From Candidatus Latescibacterota bacterium (GTDB lineage Bacteria > Latescibacterota > UBA2968 > SICM01), in assembly GCA_965217865.1 (NCBI GenBank), contig CBDCJO010000002.1, forward strand, positions 96,001 to 160,000: DNA of 64,000 nucleotides, in the 5' to 3' direction. Numbering within the stretch: the first letter of the stretch is position 1; each line of letters begins with the position of its first letter. The notes beneath the pieces were generated by a model, which saw only the letters and a program-made list of their open reading frames with translations, searched no databases and had not been told where the DNA came from. Positions 32,909 to 44,250 of this stretch are shown here, piece after piece. A program made the position numbers and the translations under genes.

Positions 32909-35900
32909 ATGAACGGCTTGTGTGAATCCACCGTTGAAGACGCCGCCCTTGCTTGGCTGGAGAGAGTCGGCTGGCAGGTCGCGCATGGTCCCGACATCGC
33001 CCCGGATACGCCGGGCGCTGAGCGCTCCGACTATGGGCAAGTAATTCTGGTGCAACGTGTGCGTGATGCACTCGCACGGCTCAACCCCGACCTTCCCGCC
33101 GACGCGCTGGACGACGCCTTCCGTAGGCTAACTCGCCCGGAAGGTTCGACGCTGGAGGCCTGCAACCGCGCCTTTCACAGGATGCTGGTAGAAGGCGTGA
33201 CGGTGGAGTACCGGACCGACGACGGAGCGATACGCGGCGCACAGGCCCGCGTGATCGATTTCGACGATCCTGCCAACAACGACTGGCTTGCGGTCAACCA
33301 GTTCACCGTGGTCGAGAACAAGCACGAGCGCCGCCCGGACGTGGTGCTGTTCGTCAACGGCCTGCCGCTAGGCGTAATCGAGCTCAAGAACCCGGCGGAT
33401 GAGGACGCGACGACCTGGTCCGCTTGGCGGCAGCTCCAGACCTACAAGGCGGAAATTCCCTCGCTGTTCGCCTTCAACGCGGCGCTCGTCGTGTCGGACG
33501 GGCTGGAAGCGCGGATCGGCACGCTTACCGCTGGGCGGGAATGGTTCAAGCCCTGGCGCACGATATCGGGCGAGGCGCTGGCCGATCCGCAGATGCCGCA
33601 ATTGCAGGTGATGCTCGAAGGCGTCTGCGCTCCGGAACGCTTTCCATCGCTGGTTCGCGACTTCATCGTCTTCGAGGATGACGGCGGCCGGACGTTGGTC
33701 AAGAAGATGGCGGGGTATCATCAATTCCACGCCGTTGGCACGGCCGTTGCCGAAACGTTGCGGGCAACCGAGTTGCAACGGGCCACCGGCTTAGGCAAGG
33801 AACCAGGAAGCAACAAGTCGGGCCGTAGGCCGGGCGGCGATCGGGGTGACCGGCGCATCGGCGTGGTCTGGCATACCCAGGGTTCGGGAAAGAGCCTGAC
33901 CATGGCCTTCTATGCCGGGCGAATCATTCGCGAACCGGCGATGGAAAACCCCACTATCGTCGTGTTGACCGACCGAAACGATCTTGACGATCAGCTCTTC
34001 GGTATTTTCGCCCGTTGCCAGGATCTGCTACGGCAACCTCCGGTTCAGGCCGAGAACCGGGCCGACCTGCGCGCCAGGCTTGCGGTCGCATCAGGCGGCG
34101 TGGTGTTTACCACCATCCAGAAGTTCTTCCCCGAAGAGAAGGGAGACCGGCATCCCATCTTATCCGACCGGCGCAACATCGTGGTCATCGCCGACGAGGC
34201 GCACCGCAGTCAGTATGACTTCATTGACGGCTTCGCCCGCCACATGCGCGATGCGCTTCCCAACGCTTCGTTCATCGGTTTCACCGGCACGCCGATAGAG
34301 CTGGAGGATGCCAACACGCGCGCGGTGTTCGGCGATTACATCAGCATCTATGACATCCAGCGCGCGGTCGAGGATGGCGCGACCGTGCCGATCTACTACG
34401 AGAGTCGGCTTGCTCGACTGGTACTGGACGAAAGCGAGAAGCCGAAGATCGATCCCGACTTCGAGGAGGCAACCGAAGGCGAGGAGATCGAACGCAAGGA
34501 GAAACTCAAGACGAAATGGGCACAGCTTGAAGCGATCGTCGGCTCCAGGCACCGCCTTGCGCTGGTCGCCCGGGACATCGTTTCGCATTTCGAGCGGCGC
34601 ATCGAGGCCATGGACGGAAAGGCGATGGTCGTCTGCATGAGCCGGCGCATCTGCATCGACCTCTACCGCGAGTTGGCTCGTTTTCGCCTGAATTGGCATC
34701 ACGAGGACGACGACAAGGGACGAATCAAGGTCGTGATGACCGGTGCCGCCTCCGACCCGCCCGACTGGCAGCCCCATATCCGCAACAAGCCACGCCGCGA
34801 GGCGTTGGCAAACCGGTTCCGCGACGCCGGTGATCCGCTTCAGATCGTGCTCGTACGCGACATGTGGCTGACCGGCTTCGATGCGCCGAGCCTGCATACC
34901 ATGTATGTCGACAAGCCGATGCGTGGCCACGGGCTGATGCAGGCGATCGCGCGGGTGAACCGCGTCTTCCGGGACAAGCCGGGCGGCTTGGTCGTGGATT
35001 ACCTCGGGCTGGCGCATGAGCTCAAACGAGCGCTTGCGACCTACACCGAGAGCGGCGGCACGGGGAAGACCGCACTCGATCAGGCGGAAGCGGTGGCGGT
35101 GATGTCGGAGAAATACGAGATTTGTCGTGGATTGTTCCACGGCTTCGACTATTATCGGTGGATCGACGGGACACCGGCGAGACGTGTCAGCCTGCTGCCG
35201 GCGGCGCAGGAACACATTCTGTCGCAGGAGAACGGCAAGGATCGCTGCCTGCAGGCCGTGCGTGAACTCTCCCAAGCTTTCGCACTTGCTGTACCGCACG
35301 AGGAGGCGCTTCGCATCCGCGACGATGTGGCGTTCTTTCAGGCCGTCCGGTCCGTGCTGGCGAAGAGAGCTGAGGGGGAGATACGTCCTGAGGAAGAACT
35401 AGACTATGCCGTTCGCCAGATCGTCTCAAGGGCGGTTGCACCGGAAGGGGTTATCGACATCTTCGCCGATGCTGGCCTGGAGAAGCCCGATATTTCGATC
35501 CTGTCTGAGGAGTTCCTGGCCGAGGTGCGGGGCATGAAACAGCGCAACCTTGCGGTCGAGTTGTTGCAGAAGCTGTTGAAGGGAGAATTAGCCGTTCGTG
35601 GGCGAAAGAACGTCGTTCAGGCGCGATCCTTCGCCGAGATGCTGGAGCAGACCATCCACCGTTACCAGAACCGCGCCGTTGAGGCCGCGCAAGTCATCGA
35701 GGAATTAATCCAACTCGCCCGCGATATGCGCGAAGCGAACGCGCGCGGCGAGAAGCTCGGGCTGTCGGACGATGAGCTCGCCTTCTACGACGCGCTTGAG
35801 ACCAACGACAGCGCCGTGCAGGTACTCGGAGACGAGACCCTGCGCGAGATTGCTCGCGAATTGGTCGAGACTGTGCGGAACAACGTCACGATCGACTGGA

Positions 35901-36046
35901 CAGTGCGCGAGAACGTTCGTGCCAACCTCCGCCGGTTGGTCAAGCGCATTCTGCGCAAGTACGGATACCCGCCCGACAAACAGGAAAAGGCGACGCAGAC
36001 GGTGCTTGAACAAGCGGCGGTGCTCTCTCTCGGCTGGGCGACTTGA
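32909..36046 (+). CDS. hsdR: Type I RM restriction subunit
   Basis: [56 protein letters not shown]. Confidence 0.95.
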   Translation: MNGLCESTVEDAALAWLERVGWQVAHGPDIAPDTPGAERSDYGQVILVQRVRDALARLNPDLPADALDDAFRRLTRPEGSTLEACNRAFHRMLVEGVTVEYRTDDGAIRGAQARVIDFDDPANNDWLAVNQFTVVENKHERRPDVVLFVNGLPLGVIELKNPADEDATTWSAWRQLQTYKAEIPSLFAFNAALVVSDGLEARIGTLTAGREWFKPWRTISGEALADPQMPQLQVMLEGVCAPERFPSLVRDFIVFEDDGGRTLVKKMAGYHQFHAVGTAVAETLRATELQRATGLGKEPGSNKSGRRPGGDRGDRRIGVVWHTQGSGKSLTMAFYAGRIIREPAMENPTIVVLTDRNDLDDQLFGIFARCQDLLRQPPVQAENRADLRARLAVASGGVVFTTIQKFFPEEKGDRHPILSDRRNIVVIADEAHRSQYDFIDGFARHMRDALPNASFIGFTGTPIELEDANTRAVFGDYISIYDIQRAVEDGATVPIYYESRLARLVLDESEKPKIDPDFEEATEGEEIERKEKLKTKWAQLEAIVGSRHRLALVARDIVSHFERRIEAMDGKAMVVCMSRRICIDLYRELARFRLNWHHEDDDKGRIKVVMTGAASDPPDWQPHIRNKPRREALANRFRDAGDPLQIVLVRDMWLTGFDAPSLHTMYVDKPMRGHGLMQAIARVNRVFRDKPGGLVVDYLGLAHELKRALATYTESGGTGKTALDQAEAVAVMSEKYEICRGLFHGFDYYRWIDGTPARRVSLLPAAQEHILSQENGKDRCLQAVRELSQAFALAVPHEEALRIRDDVAFFQAVRSVLAKRAEGEIRPEEELDYAVRQIVSRAVAPEGVIDIFADAGLEKPDISILSEEFLAEVRGMKQRNLAVELLQKLLKGELAVRGRKNVVQARSFAEMLEQTIHRYQNRAVEAAQVIEELIQLARDMREANARGEKLGLSDDELAFYDALETNDSAVQVLGDETLREIARELVETVRNNVTIDWTVRENVRANLRRLVKRILRKYGYPPDKQEKATQTVLEQAAVLSLGWAT

Positions 36047-36279
36047 GCTCGGGCACTGGACCCAGTCGACGCGGATTGGAACGTCCGGACGTTTATTGGA
36101 CTCGACCAAATCGCCGACGCGACTCCCGCCATTGGAAAAGGCTGACCGCATGGGATGGAGCAATGGGTTGAATATCTCCCGTCATTCACCGATCTGACTG
36201 TATTCGAAATTGTATATGTGTGAAGTTGTTCAATTTTCAAGTCATTTTATATCAATACTAGCCATTCGATATACGGAGC

Positions 36280-36800
36280 TATGACTTTGTTAGCGCGAGA
36301 ACCCACGACGGAAGAGTGCTGCGGTTGCTGACGCTGCTGGACGAGTATACACGGGAATGCCTGGCGATCCGAGTGGAACGGAGGCTGGGTAGTCCGGAAG
36401 TGATCGAAACGTTGTCGGACGTAATGCTGTGGCGAGGGATCTCGGAACATTTTCGGTCCAACAACGGCCCGGGAGTTGCGGCAGTGGCTGGGGAAGCTCG
36501 GGACGGGAACGTTATACATCGAACCAGGCAGTCCGTGGGAGAACGGATACTGCGAGAGTTTCAATGAGAAGCTGAGAGACCAATGCCTGAACGGAGAGAT
36601 CTTCTACCCGTTGTAGGAGACCCAGATTGTGATTGAGCAATGGCGCGAGGAACACAACACCCGGAGGCCACACTCGGCGTTGGATTACAGGCCCCCGGCG
36701 CCGTGGGGCCTGTAATCCTGTTCTAAACCTAGTTTCACAACTCCAAGTGGTAATGTAATATGCCTCACATCTACTGGTGCAAAAACTTCGGTCTGGTCAG
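36280..36800 (+). mobile_element. IS3-family orfB remnant with right end
   Basis: LDEYTRECLAI, PGSPWENGYCESFN, RPHSAL; frameshifts; ends ...GGTCTGGTCA. Confidence 0.8.
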
Positions 36801-36809
36801 GTCGAGGGA

Positions 36810-36975
36810 AGTGAATGAAGCTTGCTGGCATTTGCGTGATGGGTGCCCTGAGCTCATCGCAACATAGACGGACGATGTACTTCCTGTTGGGCATGCCGAT
36901 CCTCCTCCCACAGCGAACGGATCGGGGAGATAACAAACATTCGGCACGCTCGTTTTAAATGTCAATAGGTACTAG
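36810..36975 (-). mobile_element. IS630-like left end plus transposase start
   Basis: MPNRKYIVRL. Confidence 0.5.
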
Positions 36976-37003
36976 CGGAGATCTAAAACCCGAGACAACC
37001 ACG

Positions 37004-37032
37004 AATCGCACCCCCCCACGGGTGCGATTTTT
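37004..37032 (+). terminator. Intrinsic terminator-like hairpin
   Basis: AATCGCACCC-loop-GGGTGCGATT followed by a T run. Confidence 0.5.
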
Positions 37033-37368
37033 GTGTTCAGTCGAAGGCAGTTACGACCGGTGAAGGTCCCGGGCCAAAATCCTGCCTCGAGGTCCAGACT
37101 GCAAATTCCCCCCAGTTGGAGAAATTCGAATCCCAAAAACGGCTCCTAAGGCCCGATCGCCCGAAGGCGCATCCAACCCCACCCTCCCGGAGTCGGAGAT
37201 GATTACACCGTGCCCATTCCTGTCGGTGTGTGCGCCTTCCAGAGCGAAGGCCGAGGGGGTCCCGGCGCCGTTGACCAGGCGGACGGCTTCGGCCAGGCTG
37301 TTCCACTTTCTCATGTGTTCCATTTTCTCGGCCTTCGCCCTCCATTCCAGGCTGTACCGGTCCTTCAT

Positions 37369-37768
37369 ATGGTTTTCGCCTCGACGGTGCGGGCGTAATT
37401 ACGATATATCCTTTCAATACGGCATGTTACGTCTGACGAACAGAGAATGGTTCCGGGGAAAGGATCATATGGGGAGCCATATTCCCATCCGCCAACTTCG
37501 GCGGTCGTCCGTTAACGCCAGACCCCGTGGGGCAACCCCTTCGGGGTCTTGTCGTTTCTGCCGTATTCACAAACGCTTGTGCCATCTTCCCCCCTCTCTG
37601 CAAATTCTCTGTTTCGAAGCGCTCCACCCGGGATTGCAAGCGCAACCGTGGGGGCTGCATCCGTTGAGCAGAGATATCTCCTCCGGATTCTCTGATTCTC
37701 TGTTTTTTCAGTCGGCCTTGTTTAACAGCCCGGTTGCATCCGGACGGCCGGTTTCGACGTTTCGGAAC
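37369..37768. repeat. Dispersed repeat: full arm B + core (37470-37478) + arm C
   Basis: Most complete copy; about 270 bp upstream of the DUF2924/recombinase operon. Confidence 0.85.
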
Positions 37769-38034
37769 CTGCGAGTATCCCCTTGGAGCCTGACCTCGAC
37801 CCCCTTCCTGACTCGCTCGACGTGACTCTCCCTTGCCTCGCTCATGGCGCAGGGCTTCCCGCGTTTCCGAAACGGCCGCCGTCTCGCCCCTGATTCCGGG
37901 AGCACCCAATAACGAGTAGCCGTCCGAAGAATCTGGGACGTTTGGGCAGAAACGACTTGACATGCCGGCCACACAAGTCGTTCATATTGAAAATGTTAAC
38001 GGCTTGATATCCCCAAGGGAAGGGAGGATTCCGT

Positions 38035-38571
38035 ATGGAAGCCGGCACGGTTCAACAGATTCAGGGGCTCTCCCGGATGACGGTGGGTGAACTGCGGGAG
38101 AAGTACATCAAGGTCTTCGGGGAGGAGACCCGCTCGTACCACAAGGCGTTCCTGCGCAAGCGTATCGCCTGGCGTCTGCAGGCCCTGGCCGAGGGCAGCC
38201 TCTCGGAGCGGGCCCGGCGGCGCGCCGGGGAACTGGCCAACGATGCGGACCTGAGACTGCGCGCCCCGCGGGATCAGAGCATGCCGGGCTCGGCGGCGGA
38301 GCAGGCGCGGACGACGGCCGGTCGCCTCCCGACCTCGCGGGACCGGCGGCTGCCCCTGCCGGGGACGCTTCTGGTGCGCACCTTCCAGGGCCGCGACCTG
38401 GTGGTGCAGGTGCTCGATGACGGCTTCGCGTTCGAGGGACGCCGCTACCGGTCTCTCTCCGCCATCGCCCGGCAGGTCACCGGCAGCCAATGGAACGGCT
38501 TTGCCTTCTTCGGGCTTACCCGGGGAAAGAGGCGGAACCACAGCCGTGGATCCGGAAGGGGCAACGCATGA
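38035..38571 (+). CDS. DUF2924-domain protein
   Basis: FLRKRIAWRLQ, PGTLLVR, FEGRRYRSLSAIARQVTGSQWNGFAFFGL. Confidence 0.85.
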   Translation: MEAGTVQQIQGLSRMTVGELREKYIKVFGEETRSYHKAFLRKRIAWRLQALAEGSLSERARRRAGELANDADLRLRAPRDQSMPGSAAEQARTTAGRLPTSRDRRLPLPGTLLVRTFQGRDLVVQVLDDGFAFEGRRYRSLSAIARQVTGSQWNGFAFFGLTRGKRRNHSRGSGRGNA

Positions 38572-39983
38572 GCGGAACCATCCCGGCATCGTCCTCCAAT
38601 GGAATCGGAACCCTCCGCTGCGCCATCTACACGCGCAAGTCCACCGGTGAGGGACTCGAGCAGGCCTTCAACAGCCTGGACGCCCAACGGGAATCGGCCG
38701 AGGCCTGCATCGCCAGCCGGCGGCAGGAGGGCTGGGTCTGCCTTCCCGGACGCTACGACGACGGCGGCTTCACCGGCGGGAACATGGAGCGGCCCGCACT
38801 CGAACGGCTCCTGACCGGCGTCGAGGCCGGCGCGATCGACTGCGTGGTGGTCTACAAGGTGGACCGGCTGAGCCGGTCGCTGCTGGACTTCGCCCGCATC
38901 ATGGAGCGGTTCGACCGGCACGGGGTGAGCTTCGTCTCAGTCACGCAGCAGTTCAACACGACTAGTTCGATGGGGCGGCTCACCTTGAACATCCTGCTGT
39001 CGTTCGCCCAGTTCGAGCGGGAGATCATCTCCGAGCGCACCCGGGACAAGATGTCGGCGGCGCGGCGCAAGGGAAAGTGGGTCGGGGGTCTGCCGGTGCT
39101 GGGGTATGACGTGGCCCCTGGGGGCGGGCGGCTGATCGTCAACGCGGAGGAAGCGGCGCGGGTCCGGGCGATCCATCACCTCTACCTGGACCATAAGGCC
39201 TTGATCCCGGTCGTCCGGGAGATCGACCGCCGCGGGTGGCTCACGAAACGCTGGATCACCCGGAAAGGCATCGAGCGAGGCGGCAAGCCCTTCACGAAGA
39301 ACAGCCTGCACCGGCTGCTGACCAACGTCATCTATGCGGGGAAGGTCCGGTACAAGTGCGCCCTCTATGAGGGGGAACACGACGCCCTGGTTGACGCCGG
39401 CCTGTGGCAGCGGATCCAGGACGCGCTCCGCACGAACGCCCGCACCGGAGGCAGGGAGGTGCGCAACAAATACGAAGCGTTGCTCAAGGGGTTGCTGTCC
39501 TGCACACCGTGCGGGACGGGCATGGCGCACGTCTGTACCGGCAGGAACGGAAAACGCTACCGTTATTACGTCTGCCGGAATGCCCGGCAGCGGGGCCGGT
39601 CGTCGTGTCCGGGCAGGTCCCTCAACGCCCACCAGATCGAAACCGCGGTGGTGGAGCACGTCCGCGGCATCGGGATGAACCAACAGGCCGTGGCGGCCAC
39701 GGTGGCCAAAGCGCGGGAACAGCGGCTGACCGCTCTCCGGGAAGAGGCTCCCGCTCTCGAGCGGGAAGCCGTGGATGAAAGCGACCTGGCCCGGGCCCTG
39801 GCGGTCTTCGACCCGGTCTGGACGGCGCTGGCCCCGCGGGAGCAGGCCCGGAGACTCCGGCTGCTCATCGAGCGGGTCGGCTACGACGGACGGGACGGCA
39901 CGGTGACCGTCACCTTTCGCCCACCCGGCATCGAGACGCTGTGCCGGAAGGCGGGTCTCGACGGACAGGAGGTCATGCGATGA
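38568..39983 (+). CDS. Large serine recombinase
   Basis: CAIYTRKST catalytic Ser, VYKVDRLSRS, FEREIISER, Zn ribbon CxxC...YYVC; ATGA overlaps at both ends. Confidence 0.92.
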   Translation: MSGTIPASSSNGIGTLRCAIYTRKSTGEGLEQAFNSLDAQRESAEACIASRRQEGWVCLPGRYDDGGFTGGNMERPALERLLTGVEAGAIDCVVVYKVDRLSRSLLDFARIMERFDRHGVSFVSVTQQFNTTSSMGRLTLNILLSFAQFEREIISERTRDKMSAARRKGKWVGGLPVLGYDVAPGGGRLIVNAEEAARVRAIHHLYLDHKALIPVVREIDRRGWLTKRWITRKGIERGGKPFTKNSLHRLLTNVIYAGKVRYKCALYEGEHDALVDAGLWQRIQDALRTNARTGGREVRNKYEALLKGLLSCTPCGTGMAHVCTGRNGKRYRYYVCRNARQRGRSSCPGRSLNAHQIETAVVEHVRGIGMNQQAVAATVAKAREQRLTALREEAPALEREAVDESDLARALAVFDPVWTALAPREQARRLRLLIERVGYDGRDGTVTVTFRPPGIETLCRKAGLDGQEVMR

Positions 39984-40450
39984 GCGGTCGCGCATCCGAT
40001 GCGACCCGGGCCGGACCCGGACCCCTGGAAGTATCCTTCACGTTCCAGCCCGGAAACGGCCGGAACAACGGTTGCCGCCACACGGATCAGGACCGGAATG
40101 TCGAGCCGGGGAATATACCTCGCATATCGAGACTGACGGCCCTGGCGATACGGTTCGAGGGGCTGGTCCGGCGGGGCGACGTGTGGGACTATGCGGACCT
40201 GGCGCGCCTCGGCTGCGTGACCCGGGCGAGGATCACGCAGATCATGAACCTGCTCCACCTGGCGCCCGACATTCAGGAAGCGCTCCTGTTCCTGCCGCGC
40301 ACCCTCCGGGGCCGCGATCCGGTTTGCGAGAAGGACGTCCGTCCCATCGCCGCCGTCCCCCACTGGCCCCGCCAGCGCAAAATGTGGGCCACGCTCGCCG
40401 AAGAACGCTTGCCCTGCAGTATTCTGACGGCAATCACCACAAAGGAATAG
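39980..40450 (+). CDS. Small HTH protein typical downstream of DUF2924-LSR
   Basis: DYADLARLGCVTRARITQIMNLLHLAPDIQEAL. Confidence 0.75.
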   Translation: MSGRASDATRAGPGPLEVSFTFQPGNGRNNGCRHTDQDRNVEPGNIPRISRLTALAIRFEGLVRRGDVWDYADLARLGCVTRARITQIMNLLHLAPDIQEALLFLPRTLRGRDPVCEKDVRPIAAVPHWPRQRKMWATLAEERLPCSILTAITTKE

Positions 40451-40561
40451 CCGGGCCTGCGCAAGTGCGTCTCCAAGGATCCGGATGCTCTCCCGGCTCT
40501 GGCGACTCAGGAAATACGTGCCACGACACACATTATCGCACGCAGCTTCGTCGAGGAGCGA

Positions 40562-40636
40562 CGCTGAACCGGTTGCGTGAAACTCACAGGACCTCCGGTT
40601 CCTCCATCCATTTTGCAGGACGCTCAGGACTTGACC
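40562..40636 (+). mobile_element. IS256 right-end remnant
   Basis: Similar to 3520-3594 and 42430-42510. Confidence 0.65.
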
Positions 40637-40724
40637 TTTCCCCTGATTTGTCATATGCTCTTCATACCCTTGGCCAGAGGCATCGATGTTTCGGAACGTC
40701 CTTCGGTACGTATTCAGCGGAAGC

Positions 40725-40878
40725 GGCCGTGCGCCCGGAGCCCAAGATCATCGACCTCGGAGCCGGACATTCCAGCGCCGGCGAAACGCTCTGCGGGCGG
40801 ATCATCGGCGCGTTGAAGGCGGAGGCCCTGCTCAACGAGAACGTGGGCACCGGTTACATTGACCGCCATTGGCCGCTC
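40725..40878 (+). pseudogene. Internal fragment of a DUF499-type ATPase
   Basis: IDLGAGHSSAGETLCGRIIGALKAEALLNENVG..YIDRHWP. Confidence 0.55.
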
Positions 40879-40884
40879 ACGAGT

Positions 40885-41090
40885 CTGGACCCTGCCCTCG
40901 TTCGCTGCGTTGTACGAAAGAGGGCGTGCTGGATCTTTTCATCGGTCCAGCGTTTGCCCTCCGGACCCTGATCGGTCTTCAAAAGGATCCGCGCGTGCCT
41001 CTGCTTCAGAGCTGCTGTCTTGCCTTTGCTGATCCCACGCAGATATGACCGCTCCTCAGCCGTCAGCGTCACGATGTATCTCTTCTTTCG
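40885..41090 (-). pseudogene. IS630-family transposase N-terminal fragment
   Basis: KKRYIVTLTAEER...HARILLKTD...WTDEKI. Confidence 0.7.
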
Positions 41091-41160
41091 CTCTCCTTGT
41101 TCCTTTTGAGGGGAGCTACGGAGAGTATACGTCTTTTGGCTCCACAACGGAAGATCAACA

Positions 41161-42310
41161 TTGCATGCATCAACACCCCGGCTTGTTGTAATAGACTGCG
41201 AGACCACCGGCCTGGGCCAACATGATCGTATTGTAGAGATCACCGCGCTCACACTCAACCCGCAGACATGGGAACCGGTAGACGAGTACGATACGCTGAT
41301 TAACCCTGAACGCGACGTCGGCCCCGTGGGTCTGCACGGCATCACAGCATCGATGGTCGAGGCAGCGCCCACCTTCTCCGAGGTTGCCGTTGCACTGGCC
41401 CGCCGACTCCATGGTTCGATCCTGATAGCGCACAATCTTTCCTTCGACACCCGAATGCTGGCTTACGAGTTCGACCGGCTCGGAGTGCCTTTCAACGCCG
41501 GCTCAGGTCTGTGCACCTTCAGAGCCACCGGCGAGAAACTCATTGCCGCGTGCCACAAGTTCGGGATCGCGCTGAACGTCCAGCACCGAGCGCTCGCCGA
41601 CGCACGCGCCACCGCTGACCTTGCACGAGAGGTCCTGGCCGACGACGAAGCTGACTCCGAAGCGGCGACGGTCTGTTGCGTCTCCGAGGCCGTCAATCCA
41701 AGGACCTTGCGACGGGAGAGCACGGATGCCGGGATCAGCGAGCTAGCACGCATCGTGTCGCTCGCTTATTACCCAAGATCGGATGAGGTATTACTCCAGT
41801 ACTTTGACGCCCTGGACTGGGTGCTTGACGACAACCATATCAACGATCAGGAACGCGCAGCCATTGAAAAGTTGGCCGTGACTCTCGGCCTTTCCAACGA
41901 GGTTCGCCAGGAGACGCACCTCACCTATCTGGCGTCGATCATCGCTGCCGCCAAACGCGATGGCGTCGTCACCGAAGCCGAGCAACACCTCATCAGTCAG
42001 ATCGCGGACGCGCTGGGATCACTGGAGTGATCATCCCCGAGGCAACAGACCTTCCGAACACGACCAGTCTCCGAGGTGGGATGCGTGTCTGCTTCACCGG
42101 CGAGGCCGTCGTCGAAGAAACCCAAGTCCACAGGTCGAAATTGGAGGAATACACGGCGCTCGTTGGAATGCAGCCCGTCAAGTCGGTCACAAAGAAAGGC
42201 TGCGATTTGCTGGTAGCATTTGACACTTTTAGTCATTCAGGTAAAGACACGTAAGGCGCACAGCTACGGCATTCCAGTGATGGGGTGGTGGACTTTCTCA
42301 GTGAGATCGG
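41161..42310 (+). pseudogene. DEDDh 3'-5' exonuclease with TerB-like and BRCT domains, frameshifted near 42025 and 42250
   Basis: IDCETTG, AHNLSFD, HRALADA; AKRDGVVTEAE; RVCFTG...SVTKKGCDLLV...KAHSYGIPV. Confidence 0.8.
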
Positions 42311-42324
42311 GCCCGAATACGCTC

Positions 42325-42510
42325 CCTCGCTTCTTCACGGAGAAAATCTTCCTTATATTCGTTCACGCCGTTCTCATTCGCGTAGTAGCCAGATGGCAGA
42401 ACATCAACATCACGTCCACTGAACTCCCCAGGCTGAAATGGTAGCCGTTGCGTGAAACTCACAGGATCTCCGGTTCACTCCATCCATTTTGCAGAACGAT
42501 CAGGATTGAC
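42325..42510 (+). mobile_element. IS256 3' remnant with right end
   Basis: PRFFTEK...RWQNINITSTEL matches 3365-3594. Confidence 0.75.
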
Positions 42511-42648
42511 CATCGCCCTCTTGCGATGTCGCGAGCGGGCCCCAACGGCTCCTGACGACCGTTCCGTTCTACGCGGCATCCACGAACTTTCTTCCGCACT
42601 ATAGTCCAAAAGTTGGCCATTCCCGTAGCGATGAGGTAACTACCCCTC

Positions 42649-44250
42649 ATGGTACGCCAAGCCTGGGGCAAGACCGACATGGAGGGCAACGGCGTTCACC
42701 CTCTCGCCCATCATTCCATGGACGTAGCGGCGGTGTTTACACGAATGTCGAAACTGCCGATCATCCGCGACCGGCTGGAAACAGCGGCGGAATCCGCACT
42801 GACGGATTTGGGTTGCCAGCGGCTGGCGGCCCTGGTGTTTCTGCATGATATCGGAAAACTGCATCCGGGGTTTCAGGCGAAGGGCTGGCCGTCCGGATCA
42901 TGGCACGGGCCGGTGCGCGGCCACGGAAAGGAAGGCTGGGCGTTCCTCATACTCGCCTCGAAATGGCCGGATCACCCATTCCACGAGACGATGCAGTGGA
43001 TCATGGGATGGGGCAAGGCGGTCGACCCGCTCTTCGCGGCGATGATCGCGCATCATGGACGGCCCGTGGAGCGACCGTCGGCTCCGACATTCAATGATTG
43101 GCCGGTCCTGCCACATTATGATTGGCGGGTGGAAGCGTGCGTCATGGATGATGCCCTGCATCGCTGGTTCGGCGGAGCTTTCGAATCCGGAGGCTCGCCA
43201 TTGTCCGACAGGCCGCAATTCCATCACGCGGTTGCCGGGCTGGTAGCGCTGGCGGACTGGATCGGTTCGGATACAAGGTTTTTCCCTTTCACGGAACCTC
43301 CTGACTCCAGCTACGACTCTACGGCGTACAATGCCACAGCGCTGGCGTTGGCGACGATCGGTTTGGATCCAGGCAAACTCGCCGCCCGTCCTGCGCCGGA
43401 ATTTTCGGAGTTGACCGGTTTTTCCAAGCCTAAACCGGCGCAGGACACGGTGGGACGGGTGGGACAGGAGGCGCGACTCCTGATTCTCGAAGCCGAAACC
43501 GGGTCGGGCAAGACCGAAGCCGCGCTGTGGCGCTTCACCCAACTATTGGCTGCAGGAGCGGTTTCGGGCCTCTACTTCGCCGTGCCGACGCGCGCTGCGG
43601 CTAGGCAGCTTCATGGCCGCGTCAATAACGCGTTGCGTCGGGTGTTCAGTGAGAACGCACCGGAGGCCGTGCTGGCTATCCCAGGCATGCTGAAGGCGGG
43701 AGAATTCGAAGGCCAACGTCTGCCTCATTGGCAGGTAAGATGGGACGACGACACAAAATCGGCCCCGCAACGATGGGCCGCCGAGCACGCAACGCGGTTT
43801 CTGTCGGCGTCCGTAGCAGTCGGCACGGTGGATCAGGCGATGCTCGCCGGCCTTCAGGTGAAGCATGCCCATCTGCGGGGCAGCGCTCTGAGCCGCAGCC
43901 TCTTGGTGATCGACGAGGTTCATGCTTCCGACGCCTACATGACCGAGATTCTGAAACGACTTCTGGATGGGCATCTCGCCACCGGGGGATACGCGATGTT
44001 GATGTCCGCGACGCTGGGCGCTCGGGCGCGGGTGCGCTGGACCGGCGAAACGTTGCCGAAGTTCGGAGTCGCAAGGGAGGTACCCTATCCGGCGGTCTGG
44101 GTTAAGGGAAAGAACGAACCGCGCACCGCGACGGACGCGGTACACCCTGAGACTAAAGCTGTGTATCTCGAGACCGTGCCGACGATGGACCCGGCGTGGA
44201 GCGGTTCCCCCGCACACGCGGGGATAGACCCCCCTCTGGAGAGTCGTTGA
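42649..44250 (+). pseudogene. cas3: Cas3 (HD nuclease + RecA1), C-terminally truncated, reading into the CRISPR array
   Basis: LAHHSMDV, LHDIGK, AHHG, LADWIGS, AETGSGKT, GTVDQ, DEVH, MSATL; helicase motifs IV-VI absent; last residues are encoded by repeat 1 and spacer 1. Confidence 0.9.

Noticed and set aside
37448-37478. TGGTTCCGGGGAAAGGATC resembling a reversed tRNA 3' end
   Set aside because: No TTCGA T-loop or cloverleaf; no tRNA or rRNA gene could be supported in the window
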